A stretch of 64,000 nt of DNA, from positions 132,334,217 through 132,398,216 of the forward strand of contig NC_068981.1 in assembly GCF_001194135.2 (NCBI RefSeq), in the 5' to 3' direction. Origin of the DNA: Octopus bimaculoides (Eukaryota). Positions 60,070 to 64,000 of the stretch are shown here, one piece after another. The notes under the pieces are model-generated. The model was given only the letters and a program-made list of their open reading frames with translations. It was not told the origin of the DNA and did no database searches. The position numbers and the translations under genes were made by a program. Numbering within the stretch: position 1 is the stretch's first letter; every line of letters begins with the position of its first letter.

Positions 60070-62369
60070 GACTGTTCTTTAGAAATCTGAAGAACAAAAT
60101 AGAAACAAATATGTTTCAACCATAAAAATATTGAAAAAAAAAAACAAACAAAAGAAAGACAGCACAACTTATTTTTATATTCACATCTGTAAAAGAGAAA
60201 AAAAGGGTTGTGATGATGATTATAATGACGATGATGATGATGATGTTCGTCATCATTGTTGTTCTTGTCATCATCATCATCACTCTTCTATGCTTGCATG
60301 GGTCAGACAGAAAGGCCAAGTGCCCTTCCTGTCACCAACTCTTACCTGTTTTGAAGCACGGTAGTATTTTCCTATAGCTAGACATATTTTTCACAGAAGA
60401 CTGGAAATGAACAACATTGCTTGTATGATGATGATGATGATGATTATTTACATGTCTAGACAGAGGTGGCTCAAGATGAAGATATCAGAAGATAGGGGAA
60501 TTGATGACAGATATGAGAGGGCATGGAGATAGCAAATATGAGATGTGTTAAAGACAAAGTATGGACAGTCTAAGATGTATCTCAGAGAAGGAGAGATGGC
60601 TGAAAGCACAGAAGGGATTGGTGTCAGGAGTATGAGATGTGGGGAATGCTTGATGGGGCAGATTGGGTGCAGAGGAGGAACCTAGTACATATGGGCATAC
60701 ATAAAATGCTCTTAAGACTTCATTTTTCCAGTGGTGAATGGGTCTTCTTGAATAGTGTGAACCACCAGTCATCTCAGTCTTTTGACATCTCTTCCATGAA
60801 GCTCAATATTTAAAGAACAGCCTTCATTACTTTGTCTCAGGTCTTTCTCGGTCTCCGTCTTCCACAAATTCCATCCACTTTAAGCATTAGGCACTTCTTT
60901 ATACAGCTGTCCTCATCCATATTCATCATATGGCCAAACCAGTGAAGCCATCTCTCTGGCACACTACATCATATTCCTCTTATACCTAACTTTCCTTTCA
61001 ATACATTTGTGCTTTACCACACTGACATAGCACATCTAACTGAGCATACTAGTTTCATTCTTCTGTAGTCTTTGCATCTCTTCTGCATTCAAGGTTCACA
61101 TCTCACTACTATGTAACATTACTGTTCTTACTCAAGCATCATACAATCTGCCTTTCACCCAGAGAGAGATCTTTTGCTACCAACAGAGTACCAATTTTCT
61201 CTATCCTAATCTTATTCTAGTAACTATAGTTTCAGAACATCTTACTCCACTGCTAATTAGGCAACAGAAACTATCTACTACCCCGAGGGATTTTTCAGGG
61301 CATTTGAGAAAATCTATTTCCCATGTGTCCTTACAGTTTATTGCTCCAGCACATTTTTAAATTCCAATATTAGCGTTATTACCAAAGACATGTTATAATG
61401 TTGACTTCACAACTCCTCTTAGATCTACAGTAACAACCAACTAAATTCAATTCTATCAGACACAAGACATCTATCCACTAGTAAATGTACCTGGCCATCA
61501 GTGGCATATGGTGGCTGTTGTCATTAGGTGTGTTGCCACAGAGAATTCTAAAGAATGACTAGTCAATTTTATTTATAAATCTTTTTGCAATGTTTTTTTT
61601 TTTTGAAGATAACACATGAAATAGTTTTTTCACAAAAATATTTCTCCAAAATTAAATCATTCAAATTTATGAAAAACTTTGTTTGGAATTATACTAGGCT
61701 ACATAGGCCTTTTTCAGGTTATGATTTAAGCTAGGAAGCTCTTAAATTTTGTTACTAATCAGTATATAATCATTGAAAATTAAATTTAAAAGTGTGTATT
61801 TCTGTGATTGTAAAAGCATTTAAGATCAACAAAATTCTCAGAGCAAAATATCAATGCACAACCTTTCAGAATTTGACTTGACTTAAGTTTTGTTTCTAAC
61901 TTCTAAAAGGGTATTATTAATTTTGAAAACAAATTAAGATCAAAGTTATATGATGACGTAAGAAAAAATTATTGGATAAAAAATTAGTTTAGGGATTCTA
62001 AATTAATTTAAACATACAACTTCTTGCAACCATGCTGTCAAAGCTGTCGTACACTGCACACACTTCGCCATTATCTGATGATATGCCCATTACCATATTA
62101 TGATACTATGTGCTGTGAGGTGTACAGTGTTATTTCAGGACACCTATCACCAAATTTCAAGCAGGGGCATAAAGTTTTCCCTTATGATTGGTGATTAAAT
62201 TTATGAGTAAAGTTAATATTTTAAATGAATTTGCCATTTTCGATGGGTGTGTAGCACACACCTAGCACACCTCAAATCTATGCCCTTGCTCTACCATATC
62301 AAATTATATTTCTAAGCTTCTATTGTTCTCTGTGTTAAATTTTGATTATTTTTAATTTTGTTAACAACC

Positions 62370-62408
<39 letters not shown>

Positions 62409-62418
62409 NNNNNNNNNN

Positions 62419-62457
<39 letters not shown>

Positions 62458-63954
62458 GGTGAGTGATGATAATGATGATGATATTGGTGGTTTCAAAACT
62501 GGGACACAAGTGACAATAATAGTCTATTGCTGCATTCTTTTAAATGGATGTAGAATTCACTTTCACTGTACAATGGCAGGAAAGATTATTCATATTCACA
62601 CCAACATATATTTATGCAAATTGGCTTCTAATTTTCTACGCACGACTGTGTAGTTATGAAGTCTGGTTCTCAACTGTATGGTTTCAGATTCAGCTCCAAT
62701 ATGTGTCACCTGGGGTAAGTGGATTCTCTTACACTTGGGCCATCCGCAGCCTTCTGTGTGAATTTGGGTGACAGAAACCAAAAGAAGCCTGTCTTATCAT
62801 ATTCCTCATCATTTTAAAGTCCACTTCTCCATGCTTGCATGGCTCAGGCATAGTTTATTGAAGCAGATTATCCATGGCCTGTATGCCCTTCCTGATGTCA
62901 ACCTTCTCCCATTTCCAAGCCAGGTAACACATCCTCATAGTTTCACAAAATATTGGGGAAATGAATGACTGCTTCTATGATAGTGACACTCATTTACAAC
63001 TATCACACTATGCCACAACACAAAGAGCCACACACACACACACACACACACATGTATGAACACACACACACACACACACACTCGCACTCACTCACTCACA
63101 ATGGAGATCTTTCAGTTTCCATTACCAAATTCACTCACATGGCTTTGGCTGGGGCTATAGTAGAAGGCAGTAGAACCTAGTTAATAACTGAACAAGATTC
63201 ACTTACAGACCATTTCTGACAAATATATTCAGTTAANNNNNNNNNNNNNNNNNNNNNNNNNNNNNNNNNNNNNNNNNNNNNNNNNNNNNNNNNNNNNNNN
63301 NNNNNNNNNNNNNNNNNNNNNNNNNNNNNNNNNNNNNNNNNNNNNNNNNNNNNNNNNNNNNNNNNNNNNNNNNNNNNNNNNNNNNNNNNNNNNNNNNNNN
63401 NNNNNNNNNNNNNNNNNNNNNNNNNNNNNNNNNNNNNNNNNNNNNNNNNNNNNNNNNNNNNNNNNNNNNNNNNNNNNNNNNNNNNNNNNNNNNNNNNNNN
63501 NNNNNNNNNNNNNNNNNNNNNNNNNNNNNNNNNNNNNNNNNNNNNNNNNNNNNNNNNNNNNNNNNNNNNNNNNNNNNNNNNNNNNNNNNNNNNNNNNNNN
63601 NNNNNNNNNNNNNNNNNNNNNNNNNNNNNNNNNNNNNNNNNNNNNNNNNNNNNNNNNNNNNAAAAAAAAAAAAAAAAAAAAAAAAAAGAACATGTCACTA
63701 ACCTTTACTTACTGAAATGAATGAAATGCCAATATGTGTAGGTAGCTGCAACAGTTTGCTGTCTCTTGAGAATGTAAATAACTGCAATACTATCTCTCTG
63801 AAATTTAAGATAACATAAAATATTTAAAACAGTTGAGTTATGACATAAAATTCAAGTCAGATAAATTATGAATTTGAATCAAACTGCTTTGATCCATACA
63901 TGTAACTCCCAATAAATTGGTTGAGTGCCCTTCTTTCGCTTGTCTACTCACTCC

Positions 63955-64000
<46 letters not shown>

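Overview
AT-rich eukaryotic genomic DNA from an intron-rich animal genome. The repeat families suggest a cephalopod, probably Octopus; this is inference from recalled repeat sequences, not a search. The ORF track is mostly noise, and the real genes were rebuilt by hand from splice sites and reading-frame continuity. (1) The 3' part of an FMNL/FRL-type formin on + (7 exons, 276-7388) has a clear AT-AC U12 minor-spliceosome intron at 2657-3515. (2) A complete LDAF1/promethin (TMEM159)-like gene on - (3 coding exons, 22928-15355, ~392 aa) has a long disordered C-terminal tail ending near a LIR-like motif (DQWEVL), plus a candidate 135-nt cassette exon. (3) Argininosuccinate synthase ASS1 on - (60069-36207) shows 13 coding exons; one required exon is missing and is probably in an N-gap. 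The rest is SINEs, RTE, Penelope-like and Tx1 fragments, hAT, Tc1/mariner and TTAA-type MITEs, long near-perfect hairpins, a U6 snRNA pseudogene abutting a SINE head, microsatellites and 8 assembly gaps. There are no prokaryotic features or CRISPR arrays. Best leads: the LDAF1 hairpin+IDR+LIR architecture (possible lipophagy/ER-phagy receptor), the AT-AC intron, the LDAF1 cassette exon and the U6-SINE junction.
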